From Podarcis bocagei (taxonomy: Eukaryota): 64,000 bases of DNA. Numbering within the stretch: the stretch's first letter is position 1; the number at the start of each line of letters is the position of its first letter. Positions 46,601-61,600 of this stretch are shown piece after piece. The stretch lies in the NCBI GenBank assembly GCA_964188305.1, contig OZ076893.1; one strand, given 5' to 3'. A program made the position numbers and the translations under genes. Under the pieces are notes generated by a model. It was not told the DNA's origin. It saw nothing but the letters and a program-made list of their open reading frames with translations, and did not search any database.

Positions 46601-49600
46601 AGAGACTGGAAGTGTAATTTGTTTTATTTATTTATTTTTAAATTGAGATGTTTCGAAACAGTATATACAATATTTCAAAAAGCAACTTGCAGAAACACAC
46701 ACCAATGTAGAAGAGTGAATGGCTTATGAATGGCTCATAATATTTTGTCTTATTTCTGAGAGACTAACACAAGAATGTCATGGTTAGAAATATATATTCC
46801 ACACACACACACCCCACGCTTTCAAAAAATATATTACTCTTTTTGCATATGTGGATATTTACACAGGGCAATATTCAATTTAAAAAATAAATGAAGAATA
46901 CTTCCACTCAACACACTATTTTACTGAAATAGATCAACACCTATATATTGGAAGCATCTGTGGCTAGCTGAAAGGTAAATATTTAAACAAAGTATTTTAA
47001 GAAAGATTTCCCTGCAACTTTTTGGGACCTGCTTATTTTTAGAAATTGGTTTTCACACACAAAACTTTGCCTAACAGGATATTAACCTTGTAATTTACTC
47101 ACTTCATTTAAAACTAATGCTTTTAAAAAAAAAGTAATTCAATTAAATTCATTTAAAGCATATGTCCTCCCATTCCCTATTTTTTATAGCTGAAAGCACA
47201 TTCACTTGCTTGGATTCAACTAGGAACAGTGATTTACAGGCAGATGTAGGTTTCTATGCACAGATCTGTTGTAGCAGGTGTATGGGGGGGAGGAATCCTC
47301 CGTGAGTAAACCTGGAGATGCAGATGGGGTTGTGTGGTTCAGAAACAGAAAAACACACACATTATGTTGAAACCTGAGAACAGTCAGTGATTTGGAAAGC
47401 TGGGTGGGCAGTTAAAAGTCCTAATAGCTCACATTATGAAAAACCTCTGAGAAAAGGTTCTCATAGCAACACTTGCCTATTAAGTGAAGCAAGAAGAAGC
47501 CCAAACTGTCTGGTGCTGACTTCTTCATTCATTTAAGTCGGTTTGGGAGACCTTTGGACTTCTAGTTCTTGCTGAACTACAGCTCCCATCACCCCTGCCC
47601 ATAGGTCATGCATGTAGGGCTGATGGGAGCTGTAGTTCAGCAACATCTGAAGGACCAGTGGTTCCCCACATGTGACTTAGGTGATAAATCATACAGATTT
47701 TGAGAGGCTTCATTTCAAGTCTGGGGGTGGGGAGTATCTCCTATACGTGTCCCATCATACTTTGCTTATAGGAAGGACTCTGAAAAGCTTTTACGTTCCA
47801 CGATCAAGTGCTCTCTGTGAAAACCATGATCACAGGAATGCACTTCCCTAGTGACCTCATGGTTTTGTGAAGTATGTCTATTTTACTGTAAAACATCAAC
47901 TCCTTTACATGGCGTAATATTTCATGTCAATAATGTGTGGCGATTCATGCATTAATGATAGAAATAAAGTAAAAAAATTCTCAGCAAGAAGTACATATTT
48001 TAAATCGACAGTGACTTAGACTTCCTAAGCAGTGCAATATCATGGTTTCAGGAGATGCTACATCTATTTCAAAATGTTGATCCTATGGATTAGAACAGCA
48101 GGTGGTGCTGTTTGATTACTGCAGGGTTTTTTTAAAGGCGCAGACAATCTGAAAGACCCAGAGGCACTATTGCAAAGCCTATATTTTTCTAATCACAACA
48201 ATTTCAGTCCAGCAACAACTCAGACTCACTGCTTTGAGAGATCCGCATTTGGGGTTTCTGGGCTCCAACAGGTGTGCCGGGGCTGTTTTCACCTGTGATC
48301 TGCATGAGGTCATTGATGATGGCTTGTTTGTCAACTGATCCTGCTGAAGTACCTGGTCGGGTATCTGGGAAAAGCTGCGACAACTGGCTATTCTGCAGAT
48401 CATCTAGAATCTCCTCCAAATTATCTAGCTCGCTGGCAGGCTTTGATAAAACAGAAACAAGAAAACATTCATTTTTCATAGTTTGGACAAGCTCTCTGGC
48501 AGTCAAAGTACAAGATAAGAATACAAGCGTTTGTATCTTCTATCAATTGGGTTGTCTGATATTTACTCCTACAAAGCAAAGTCTAGTGTGGTCTAGTCTG
48601 ACATATAGAAAAGGCTGACTGTGTGTCTGCACCCAAAGGCCTCAAGCTTCCCCACCACTGTGCTTTCTGTTAGCACAAAGCAGACCAATTAAAGTTCTCT
48701 CCTTAAAGCAAATTGCTAATATTCTTTCCCCAGAGCCCAACCATGAATTGGCAAAGAGATATCTCCAAGGGCTGTAGCTTTCCATGAACGAAACAAAGAA
48801 TCTTTGTTCAGCAAAAATCAGCATTCTGCCACTATTGTAATTCTGCTTGTTTATGACAGGGCTAAAAACCGTTCTATAGAACAGTTACTTCCACATGGCT
48901 AAAAATGCTTTACATCTTGCATAGGCTTTTCATTGGTGGCAGAAAAGTACAGCATAGTTTAAAAACATACACAGGTTATCTCCATGTAGTGAGAAATCGC
49001 CTACACAGCCGGAATCTTAGTTTGACGGAATGTAAAATTTCCCAATTTACAGGAAATTACTGGTTTGAGAATCAGGGAAATTTACCAACGTACATGCCGC
49101 AGGATGCAAAAAATCTTATGGGGTGAGGAAAGTTTAATTGACTCAAAAATTCTTTAAAAAATTAATGCTGACCAGGTGAACAAACAACTCAAAAAAGCTT
49201 ATAATGAATGAAAATATTTTTGTACATGGAACAGCCATAAAATCCTCTCTACAGAATGAACAGGCAACAATCCAACAAACTGGCAACATGTTAACTACTC
49301 CAGATTATTCTATAATCTTCCATACTGCGTCTGGATAGTTGTGGGAATTTATCTTAAAATGGTACATGGAGCACTGCCTTGCAAAATGAAGAGTATATCC
49401 CCACCCTCCACAAATACAATTTCAGTCTTTGCAGCACTGATAAATCTTTCTATGAAACATGACAACTATGGAACACACACACAACATTCAAAAATGAATG
49501 CCACACCTAACTTTGTTAGTAACTGAGACTCATTTACTATAATAGAACGTTAGACAAAAAATGTTAAAGCCCAAGTGTTGAATTAATTGTAAGCTAACTG

Positions 49601-52600
49601 ACAAAGAAATGCAAAGTGTTCAAGATTGCTAAAATTTCCTTTTTTCAATCAACATACTTATAACTGCAGAGGTCAGAACTTATTACATCATTAATTATAT
49701 TTAATGAGTGCTCACTTTGATAGTACTATGTATTTTATATGAACTTTTCTTGTTCAGTTCCTTATCATTTGTAATTTTACCATTTATTTTGTATATTTTA
49801 TGTTGTAAATGACCCTGATGAAGGGCGGTATACAAAATTAACAAAACATGTATCTATGTTTTAAAAGGTTTGTGCAAGTATTTACTTTAAAATAAGTATT
49901 TCAATATACAACAGGCATATACAGAAGCAACCTGAACTATTTTGGACAACTATCTATCTATCTGTAAATATATGCATATTTCTCTTAACTAATGTGCATC
50001 ACTTTGCACTTGCAGGCATTGAATCCTACCTACCATTCTTTGCCCTAGTGACTCAGACTCTGGAATGACTGGGTGAAATTCAACATCATGCTATAGTGAA
50101 CATCCATCCCATCAGCGCAAGCATTGTGGCTTGCCAGACAGAACAATCTTTCCTTTCTTCTCCCGCACACTGTTCTGGGGGGCTCTCCCAAATGTGCAGG
50201 GCTTGTCCTTATGGGACTGGGTACATGAATCATGCTCATTCTAGACAACCCACTGACAGCTAGGGATTTTACCACCCTGAATAATATTGAGGAGTACTAG
50301 ATGAAACACTCTGTCTGGAAGTGCTACCAAAATACAGCAGTCCTGTGTTGTCCCCTACCACTTCTACAATATACGGGCAAACTCATGTGTTTCTCAGCAT
50401 TTCACCACCACCACTCCAAGTAGCAGATAATGATGGGGAACAAAGGCAATTAAACACATGCTACATAGAGTCTGGTTAAATGTTATGTGAAGGATTAGAT
50501 CCAGGGCAGCCATTTTCAGGCCCCGTTACTTTGGGATCCCTTCCCCCAGTTACTTTTTTATTGAAGGCTGAGGGAGGCATGATTTGGCTAAAATTAGGCA
50601 ATTTAAGGTCTGGGGCTATTAGATTTCACTAAGGCCCCTAATCTTTCCTCCCATAATTTGAGCATCAGCTCCAGGACATTCAAGGTAGGATTTAGAGCTG
50701 AACCCTGGGCTAAAACTGTCCTGTATAAATGAGAAGCTGCCTGATCTTTCAGTGAGTACAAACCATCTAGACTACCACCTCCATCTCCTTATTCTGTAAT
50801 TGTATTTAGGGGGACAGCACAGTGTAGTCACCATTCTAAGAGACATCTGCTGGCGCATGACTTGTAGGTAGGGGGACATATTTAATAAAAAAAAAAATTT
50901 AAACTATAAAACATGCCAGAAGCATTCAACACTTAATTTGCCCCAGCACTCTACCTGCTTCTCTGCAGCTTTCCATGTAGCAAACTAAAATGTGAATGCT
51001 TCCAAAGCCACCATTTCAATATAAGACCATTCCTATACATAGTTGAATGTGTGGTTCAAATTTGGCAGGGACTTCATGTGTTCTGTGCTTTTCAAGGGTG
51101 AATGTGAGTTAGGGTTCAACGTCCATATTTAAACTGAGGGGGGAAATGACATCAGCACCAGTAAACTGGGTCTACCCTTCTGCTCCTTCCAGCTGCTTTT
51201 GCCTATTCTGTGCAGCATAAATTGAATTCCCCAACTAATATCCTTGCCACCTGCCTTTTGTCCTTCCATAGCTTGGGTGAGGGAAGGAGGAAAAAGCTCG
51301 ATTTATAGAGTCATGTTTATCCAAAAGTTTTTCTCATGATTTCTTTGGAACTATCATTTGTATTTAAAGCTTTGTTATTTTTAGAAGATATTTAAGCATG
51401 AAAATCTACATCAGCCTCTGCTAATAACTTTGGAAGAAAAGGAATAAATATTGACAAAGTTGGGGGACAGTAATTTTTACCAAAGTTAGAGGACTGCTGT
51501 GTAAACACGACACAAATTTATAATTTGACACCAGAACAGGTCTGAGCTACAGGGGCCAGAAATGCTTAGATAACATGACCATTATTACCTCCTATATAAA
51601 AACTGGTGGTGTACATATAATAAACAAGTACTTTTAGAATGTATGTTTGACCAAAATCTAGTAGCTAGCTATAATAAAACTCAGAAACATAAAAAGGGAT
51701 GGAGTTGTTTAGAAATGAGTTTGATAGAAAAAAAATTCTGAAATACTCAAATCTGTATGCTGGGAAGATGACTATTTAAATAAGCTACCTGGAATAATGC
51801 TATTTTTGGTGTTATAACATGCTTCAAAGTATTTCCTGTTCAGAAAAAGTTACACTAGAAAGGAAATTGTTATTCTTTTTTCCATCAAATTCCTCCTCAT
51901 AAAATATTTACTCTACTATGACCATGTCATATTTACAATAAAAACCATACATACAAATTAGCCATTATTTTAAACAGATATCACTTCAAAAATAAAACAT
52001 AAACAATTCTATCCAGTAGGTATTGCAAAAACATTACCGCTTTTGTTCTAGAAAGGAGAAAAGGATGAGAAGAAGACTCAAGAGGACAGCGGAACAATTT
52101 ATAATATTCTCTGTTCTATCATTACAACAAATGGGTTAAGCTTTGATCTATATTTAGATTATACTTCCTGTAAGTTTATCCTGCACCAGCTACGATTCTT
52201 TCACTTTCTCACTCTAGAGTGAGTTTTTGCTGTGTGCTTTTTTTTTCTTTTCTTTTTTGGGGGCACAGAAGTATCTATGTCATTTTAGGACACTTTTGTG
52301 CAGCTTGCACAATGTACCATTTCGTCCTTCCTCTGTGAAATGCTTTTTTCAAACAGCTCAGTGTACTAGCTTTGCATCTCACTACCTCTGAAGTTCCCTT
52401 TCGGCACCCTCCTCACAGAAAGCCGATGTCAGGCACCGAATGTCGCAGGCTTTCTCTAAAAATTGTTGCTTCTTCACGCCTACATTTCCTCCCCAACACC
52501 CAGTTGATGTTCTACCAAGAACCACACTGCTACTAACTGGCAAGGTCTAGATTGGACCTTCCAGCCAGCCAGGTCTTGGCAATACAAGCAAGGCAACTGC

Positions 52601-55600
52601 CTCCAATCACAAACATAATCAACCACCCTAGCCAAAACAAAACAAAAAACAACCCACAACCCTGTATAAAGGGAATGAAGCAAATGAGTAAGGATCATTT
52701 CCACGACAAATTTCCTGAATGAACAACAACAAAAAAAAGAGTCTCTTACCTGTTCATTCGGCTCAAAGCGCATCTCTTCTTTTTCTGTCTTTATAGTTAC
52801 TGGCTTTGTGCTACTGGAAGGGTCTGTCTTACTGTCCGACCGTTCCAGCTTGGGGGTAATGTCCGGTAAACCAATATCTTTAGTATCATCTTTATCTAGC
52901 AAGTAGCGAAGTAGTGCATTTTCTTTCTTCTTGGGACTCACCGGTTCCTGTTTTGTAGTCACCTCTGAACCAGGAGCTGTGCTACTGGTCTCCTGGCTCG
53001 GTTCTTTCCCTGTGGCCTCTGCTGTGAGCTTGGCTAAGTCTACAGGAGAACTACTGTCCTGCAAGAGCCTGTGCAAAATTTTATGCTTCTCCTTGAGCGA
53101 GGTTCCATGCGTTGAACCAGAACCAGATAAACCTCCCGCGGAGTCCTTGTTAGCATCTCCCATAGCGTTAGACAAAGGTGAAGGCTCCATCTGATCAGAT
53201 TTGGTGGTCAGCAGCTGTAAGAGCTTTGTCTGGCTTTTGCCATCATGAAGTCTGTTCTGTCCATCAGGCCTCTCACCAACAACCTGGGGCATGCCATCAT
53301 TACTTTCTTTCAGTTCTCCTGAATGGCAGACACTCTCGGCTTGTCCAGCTGTACCTTCCGATTGCTCCCCATGAAGTCCAAAGCCATCTTTAGAGTCCAG
53401 GCTTCCCATTTTGCTTAGCTGAGGAGGATTCATACTTACAGGGGAATTTTGCAAATTACCCATTTTTACGTCAGGTGAAGCCAAGGATGACCCCAGAGAG
53501 ACTCCATGCCCCTCGCTGAGAGCCTGAAGTGCATTGAGGGAACTGTTGGTATAACTATGGCTATTTCCTGTGCTGCTGCAAACCCCAACAGGTGAATGCA
53601 AGCTTCCTGCAGGGGAAAACTGACTGGGTGGGATCCGAGGACTGCCTGCCACTCCCGGACTCATACGGTGCCGTGGGGATAGCATAGAGTTTGGCTGACC
53701 TGGTGTCATGCCAGGGCTGTTTTGAGAGGGACTATTCATTTTTAGTGCATAGTTACTACCCTGAGGAGTGGATGCTTGTATACTTGACACATGGTTCATC
53801 CCGCCTGAACCACCAAACCTGCTTGCTGGCATGCCCATTTGTTCCTTCGGGCCATTTATGGCAAAATTCATATTGCTACTGATGGTCATATCCTGACCTG
53901 GATTCCCACTGCACATGGCCTGATGGGCAGGACTGCTGGAGCTAATTGGGTTCAATGGCTTTCCCATTGCTTGTCCAGTTAAATCCTGGTTCATTCCACA
54001 AACATTCTGTTCCCTGAAACAGTAAAAAAGAACAAAAACATTATTAAAATTTACATTTAAAATATGATTAATAAAAGACAAAACTGATAAAATAAAGATT
54101 GGACAATCCCAAACGCAAAGATGGACATAGCATTTGTTTTATCTTGATGTATTCCTAAGCCTGGGGCCTCTACTAACATTTCTTTATCTTGTTCATAATG
54201 AAAGAAAGAGAAAAGAAACAAACAGAAGCAATTACCTTTTTGACAAAGATCATTGCTTTTTCTATTTTACAGATGAACAAAGACAATTTGCTGGAGGTTG
54301 CTGGTATCCATTGCTGAGATCCACTGCATGAGGGAGCCAGACCCTAAGCCCCTGAGGTAATGTGGAGACCTATAGTGGATGCAACTAGACACTCAGTAGC
54401 CACACACCTGCACAGGACTGAGTTATAAGCCCCTCCAGTTAAGAATGCGGGTCCCCTCCTCCATGCAACAACACTCAACAGGAGATAGTGGTAACTGTCA
54501 TGACCTGAGCCTTTTTCAGAGGACCTAACCAACTGGAAGTGCTTCTGCAGAAAGAATCCTTGGTGCCAGCATCCCTCTGGCCAAGGACATCATGTCCTTT
54601 GAGAACTCCACCTCAAAACACCTACAGCAACCAAAGCCTTCTCTGCTCGTCAGAGAAATCAACTGCTAAAGCAGCCTGGGCCCCTTTAAATGAAGTTTCT
54701 TCTCAGCAACAGAGAAATAGCTGCAGCTCCTATTTAAGGCTCAATCTGAAGAGCCCTGCTGCTGAAGCAACATCTGAGCTCTGCTCTCATAAAATATTGA
54801 GGCTAAGCACTGCACAGAGCTATCCAGGCAACCCTTGCTTCACCTAACAACAGAACCATCATCTCAAAGTCACCACTGACTGTGGAAATATATTTATTTT
54901 GGCAAGGAACCCAAATGAGTTAACAGCTGGAAATGGATCCCATTTGGGTTCATTTCTGTCTTAACAGATATCTTAATATCACATAAGAGAGAAAGCTCCA
55001 ATTAGATATCTACAAGTTTGTCTGATAGCAAATAAAGTTTTCACTATTTTGATTATATAAGAGAGAATCAGACAAATCCACTTCTGAAAAAAGAAAGCAG
55101 AAAGAGGATAGGCATTTGTTGACAATCTGAAAGTAAACGAACAGGCCTTTTACAGCCTTGAAACTGCTGCCTCATTTGCCAACAAGAATTACAGTGAAAA
55201 GCAAGTTTTAAAAGTCATCTCAAAGTACAGCCAAAAAAATTTACAACACTGCTTTAAGTATGGAAGCCAAAAAAACTACAGTACAGCAAACAAGTTCAGA
55301 ATGAGATCAGCATAGTTAGAGAAAGATTTTGTGGGTACATGCAAGCTAAAGAATGTGCATGAAGGACAGAGATGGGGGGAAGAGGAGGAGGTTTTTCCAG
55401 ATGACTAACGTGTGCTCCAACCAAATATTATCCCTTGTAGAATAATCCCACAGGTAAACAGCATGTTATTCCATTTGTATGCAATAAATGACTTGGAGTG
55501 AGAAGAGGGGCAGAAAACTGTATTACCAGCCCAAAACTATTTGTTTAAAAACAAAAGGTTGTTAAATGTACACTGCAGCATGAACATTGGTAGCACAAAT

Positions 55601-58600
55601 CTTCCAATCCAAATATTCTGTGAAGTAGGGAACTCGGACTATTCTAGTGGCTACCGGCAGTGGAGAAGAGAGATATAAGGCAATTAGCAGGGAAGCTTTG
55701 GGGAAAGATCTCCACCCACTACTTTAGGAAACCACTGGACAAGCAGTGATGGCGGCTGTGTGGAGACTGCAGATTAAATCTCCTCTGTGCAGCAGCATAT
55801 CTCTAAACAGTTTATAAAAAACAGAGAGACATGTCCCCATATCTTCTACCATTTGGGCTTTTCAGTGCGTGCAGGTATAAGAAACTGAGTAAGTGCTATT
55901 TGGGGATGCCTTAAATCTCATGCAGGGGAGTCTACCATAGGAACCTGGAGAAAGAAGATTTGCCTTGAGATCCACTGCTTAAAATCTCAGGGTAAGTTTT
56001 CTTCCCACTCTTTCCTGGATTGAATTCCCTACATGAGCATCTAAGGAAGCAAAATAGCTTCCTTTCACTGCTTCTCTCATCACTTCCCCATGCTGAGAGC
56101 AACAGCATACAGGTGAACCACATTCTACACAGTAGCACTATCTAGGGAAGAATCACATTTTTCAGGAACAAGATATTGCTGTTTGAAAATACATTTCTTG
56201 AGAGAAGATATGTGCATGAAATCTCTTTGAAGACTATCCAAGTTTAGTTATTTTTGCAGATTTTCTTTTGCACATAAGGTTTTTGTTCTGTTATAAATTT
56301 ACACTGAATAACATCTGTAGTCAGTTCCTCTCTTCAGACTTAAAAATGGGAGCTATCAATGTCCCCCCCCCCAAAAAAAAAGTTTCTTAAAAATTACAAG
56401 TTTGCTAAATTACTGAAAGAACACTGAAGGAAAAGTGCTTTATGAACTAACTATATTTAATAGAGTTTTGGCACTGGTTTAAACATTCCTTTGCAGGGTT
56501 TGCACTGAAAGTTCTACAGCTGAAACATTTAAACTTTGCCCTGCTAGTGGCATGAGAACTAGAAAGAAAAGCAGAGGAGGAAGAGAAACTGTCCAGTCAA
56601 TTCTTGTTAGAATGAGATGACTAAAATGAAAGGGGAAACTTTGTTTAAAAATGCACAAAACTCCCAAAGGTTCATGTTAATTTACTGTTTCTCAGATTGC
56701 ATTATAAGCTAGAAAAACTTAACTTTCTTGTAAGTATGTGCCCTGTAGCCTAGCAGTTTTTATTTAGCTTGCTACCTTCATCAGCCACCTTCAAAATATA
56801 AAAAGGTCCCCTTAATTCCAACAAAAAGTTCTGAATTGTTTAAACAGCAATGTTCAGAGGGTATAGTCAAAGTCAGTAAAGTCTTTTTTTTGTACAATGT
56901 TCAGCAGCTAACAGATAAACAACAACGAAAGATAATTTTTATTAAAACTTATGCGTAGTTCATAATTGAGTCTGACACAAATATGCAATTGCTTCTCATA
57001 ACCAAGCACTGAACTTTTCATATTTAATGCATAGGAACTGCAGATTCTGGAGAAAAAACTGTCATTTCCCTTTGTCTACATTCTTCATTTTTTTTTGTCC
57101 CATAATGATCTCTCTTGGAAGAGTGAAGGAGATGTTAAACTGGAACAACGGTGAATATTTACATGCAAGGATGTGTTGTCCAAACAGTTCTCTTAAGTGC
57201 TTATAAAGTTTCTTACAAAACAATATCATTAGTGCATACAAGAAAACTGTTCAATTTTCCCAATAGTGAAACCCTTCAAACCCCAGAATGAGCCTGAGTT
57301 GAGAATGCAACCGGTCCTGCAAGGATTTCCATGCCTGTACACAAAGTGAGGGGCTCAACATACCAAATGTACTACATGAAGTATTACGATTTTATCTTAT
57401 GTGGAACGTTAAAATTAAGTGTGGTCAAAGTACATGTGGATCTCAAAGTGATAAAACAGCTTTTAAACACCAATCTGTATCTTCAACTGAAGTCCCAAAT
57501 TCATGTGGTTGGTTGGAAGCACTATTTAAATAATTGGTATTTACTTACAAACAAGTGGACTAGGATGTTGTCTTTACAAAACAGATACCATTACAATCAA
57601 AACTATACTTTATTTTACTGTCATGCTACACCCAATATAGCTAAAGGGGGCTATTGCAATAATGCATGATAAATTATGTAGTCTTGCTGCAGCTGTTTTT
57701 AGGAAGTGAGGTTGAAGATTTTTCAAGGCAGCAAAAATTGTATAAATTACCTGTGAAGCATATGCAAGGATATTACAAGCTGAGGTTCACCAGTAGTCTG
57801 AGAACGGATGAGCTTGCTCTTCGTTTGGGCAGCAACTATGTTGCCGTCAGACAAGGAAAATCGATAAACAGGACTGAAAGCTAGTCCCTGCCTCAGCACT
57901 GTAAACAAGGAGAAACAAGAAAAAAGTAGTAAGAAATCCAGGATAATCCACATGAAAATGTGGACTCTGTTTTCATTGCCTTCTTTAGAAAGCTAGGAAA
58001 AAATCTGCATTTTCTTTTGCAAAATCAGCAAGGCTGTGTTAAAGGAAAAGCTAATGTTTTGCAGATTAAGACCAAAGTGCAACTGCAGTAAAGTATTAAC
58101 CGAAAGAGTGAGTTAGAGACGGTGCCAGCATTGCAAAAACAGTGCACTTACCTGCGAATTTTCTCTTCATGGAGAATAATCTAAAATAAGAATGATTTCC
58201 ACCTGTTCCAACCAGAGGAGACAGTGACTCACAACTGAAATTAACTTGCCAGGGACAAAGCTAGTCGCAGCTAGCTTCCTGACATGTCTCCAGATAATTA
58301 TTACAAAGCATTCCAGCCCATTCTGCTTTAGACAAACTAGCAAAGTACACTGACAGGGATAAATTTGTTAACCAGGAGCATACTTTAGAACGATACAATA
58401 TATGGACTAGCATCCCAAGGAATGGAAAATTCTCCCTGAACATATGCCAACTTGAGCCATGACATGACAAGGAAGGGGAGAATAGTTTGTCTACAACTTA
58501 ATCAGGCCTTCCTGCAATTAGCTGGAGATGGCAGAAAAATGAGCAGTGTGGCAGTGAGGTAACCTGCAGCAAAACCTGGGGCCAGCCTCCTACATCTGTC

Positions 58601-61600
58601 CCCCAAATGCTCTCAGTAGAAAACACAGCCTATTTAAGTAAAGGGAGGAATATCAACATAATATATATTATATAGTTTATAGTATGTTCTGTGGCTCGGC
58701 AAACCTACTTTAATGGAAAATGTTCATTTCACATTCCAACATGAGGAAATCACAGAACATCATGGTTTCTAGAAACATCATTTACAATTGCTAAAATCTG
58801 GAACAAAAATACTCAACCAATTGCCCAATTCAGACAAAAAGTCATTTATTACAATAGACAGGTAATCTACTTGAATGATGTCTTCCTTGCTTTCATTTTG
58901 GCAAGCTTATCAAGTAAATTGACAGGAGATTTGGTAGCAAGCTTACTTTGTGCTGAGAGGTTAGTGGTGCTCCTTTCTTGCCCTGTGGGAGATCACAAGT
59001 GATCCTCAACAAAATTCAGTTTACTTAAGGTGTGCTCACCTAATGAAACCAATATGCAGATGCATTCTTTGGGTAACGTGTATTTCTGGGGGGAAAATTC
59101 TAAGTCTGTGGCATAAATTTAGTGTGAAATGGAATAGGATTGGAATTCCAACTGAAAAAAGGTAGGCCCTAGTCTAGGGGTGAGCAAACATTTTCAGCAG
59201 GGGGCTGGTCCACTGTCCCTCAGACCCTGTGTGGGGCTGGACTATATTTGGGGGGGGGGGAGAGAAAAAAGAACAAATTCCTATGCCCTACAAATAACCC
59301 AGAGACACATCTTAAATAAAAGCACACATTCTACTCATGTAAAAACACACTGATTCACGGACTATCCATGGGCCGTATTTAGAAGGCGATTGGGCCGGAT
59401 TCGGCCCCCAGGCCTTAGTTTGCCTACCCATGCCCTAGTCCCACAGACTCTGGCCCCATATGCTCTCCTGTAAATTTCTATCATCCAAGTCTTTTGAAGA
59501 AGAAATATTGCCTAGTGCCAAACCTTTTTTACTTTCATGGGTCTACATATAATTTTATTAAATAATTTTACTTAGTTCAACAAAAATGGGATTTTCCTTG
59601 CACATACCTCCCCTAAATCTGTCTTTCAGGATTTGAACACTGACACAAGACACTTTTAAGTTGCACCGCAAAAAAAATGTGCTTTTCCAGATCTGGAATT
59701 TCAATTTTGCCCCATCTTTAAATGAAAACAATGAGTTACCAGCTGGTTTATTTTAATGTTTTCTTCACTGTGAAACCTGATAAACTAGTTTCAATTCTTG
59801 ATTTTCCTGAACTGGCTCAAAACTCCTTCATACTTGTGTTTATGCCTATCCTATGGAATTATATTTATGCCTCTCCCTTAACCATCTCCACATTTTAAAC
59901 ACATAATGCTGAAAAACAAGAGTTAAGGTTTAAAATATTTATCTTTGACAACATCTTTTTGTCAATCACGTAGTAGATCAAGTAACATTCAGACTCTGAC
60001 AATGCTAGACAAGTTTTTCCCCTCCCCCAGTCTTGCAACACTGGTATGGTAAGATTTCCTCCTGTTCCTGCCTCAAAGTTTTCTATCGTGCTACTACATT
60101 TTAAATTATTATTTTGGCACAGGAAAACAGGAAACACAAGTTAAACAGCCAGAAGAGTTTATGTAGAGTAGGAATGCAAAGAAAAACAAAGCCTGTTAAC
60201 TGTGGCATACTGTAAAGTAAAATTTCACACTGAAGGTATGTCATTGTTTCAGTCTAACCTTTGGGCAGAACTCTCAGCAGCAGAGTGCTTTTAGTTCAGA
60301 GCAGGAAATTCCAACACTCCCTTGTCAACAACTCTGATGTTAAAAACGCTGAAGTTAATCCATTTTTAAAACTGGGTGTGTGTATTCAAATCCACAGCTA
60401 CAGATTTTATTTAGGGTGTTTTTTTTAAAAAAAAGATGTCATGTGACAAATTACTTCCAATTAAAGTTAAAGCTTGCCAAATGAAAAAAAGAGACATATG
60501 CTCTGGGCAGCTTAAAGCAATACAGTAAAACAAAATAAAGCATTTTGATTTAGTTTTGTGTAACATGGAATAAGCATGACATTTTGCATTGAACTTGGGG
60601 TGTACAGAAAAGCACGTTACCTGTCCTATTTATGAATGAAATTAGGTTCTTGTTAAAACCAAGGGGGGAAATACTCAATGTGATTCTCGGGACTTTGCTT
60701 GACACTCTTCAGTTAGTCAAATTTCAGAAGGCATCTCAAAGTGTTTTCTGGCACTGACCCAGGGTTAGTGCATGCCATCTTCCCAACATACAAAGCTAGA
60801 GTCATAATGACTGTCCTAATGATTCATCTGTTGGTTCAACAGAATATGGGTATAAACCTGATGGGTTGAGAGTTCACAGCAGTGGAGCTCAAAGCAATTT
60901 CATGTGCACACCACATTAAGAGGTAGAGCGATCCATCCTTCTAAAGTGATGACAAAGCTGCAACATGTATGCTAAATTAGCTTCTTAAGAGTATGCAGCC
61001 TACTGTAGAGGTTCTAATAAGATGGAAGAAAATAATTAAATTTCCTCCAAACTTTAAGTCACAATCCAGTATGTAGACAGGGCTTTCATCTTTTCTCCCC
61101 AGCAAGCAGCCCCTCATGGTGTGGCAAGTGGAGATTCTAAAGGTCTTTTGAATTTTTGTATTGCTGTTTGGCCAGCACAGGAAAGTGCAACTTCAGGAAA
61201 GAAGATGCTCAAGAGCATTCACCAGGCAACCTCATGTTTTCAGGCCTTAATGTTGAATTTAACCCTATTCTCCACAGAAGACACATGAACTAACTAACGA
61301 CTTAATTCTTGACACTTTCTTTCAGTGCAGCCTTTCATAAATGAGTGGTGCTTTCAAGATGGATTTCTTGAGGACTGAAGATCCAGTCCTTACTACACTT
61401 TAAATCAGCATGGCACCATTTCTTTCTTTCTTTTCTATATACCGTATTTTTCGCTCTATAAGACGCTCCAGACCACAAGACGCACCTAGTTTTTGGAGGA
61501 GGAAAACAAGAAAAAAAATATTCTGAATTTCAGAAGCCAGAACAGCAAGAGGGATCGCTGCGCAGTGAAAGCAGCAATCCCTCTTGCTGTTCTGGCTTCT

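Noticed and set aside
52480-54081. 533-aa ORF as a single-exon gene
   Set aside because: It is NCOA2 exon 11 (54013-52750) with intronic read-through at both ends.
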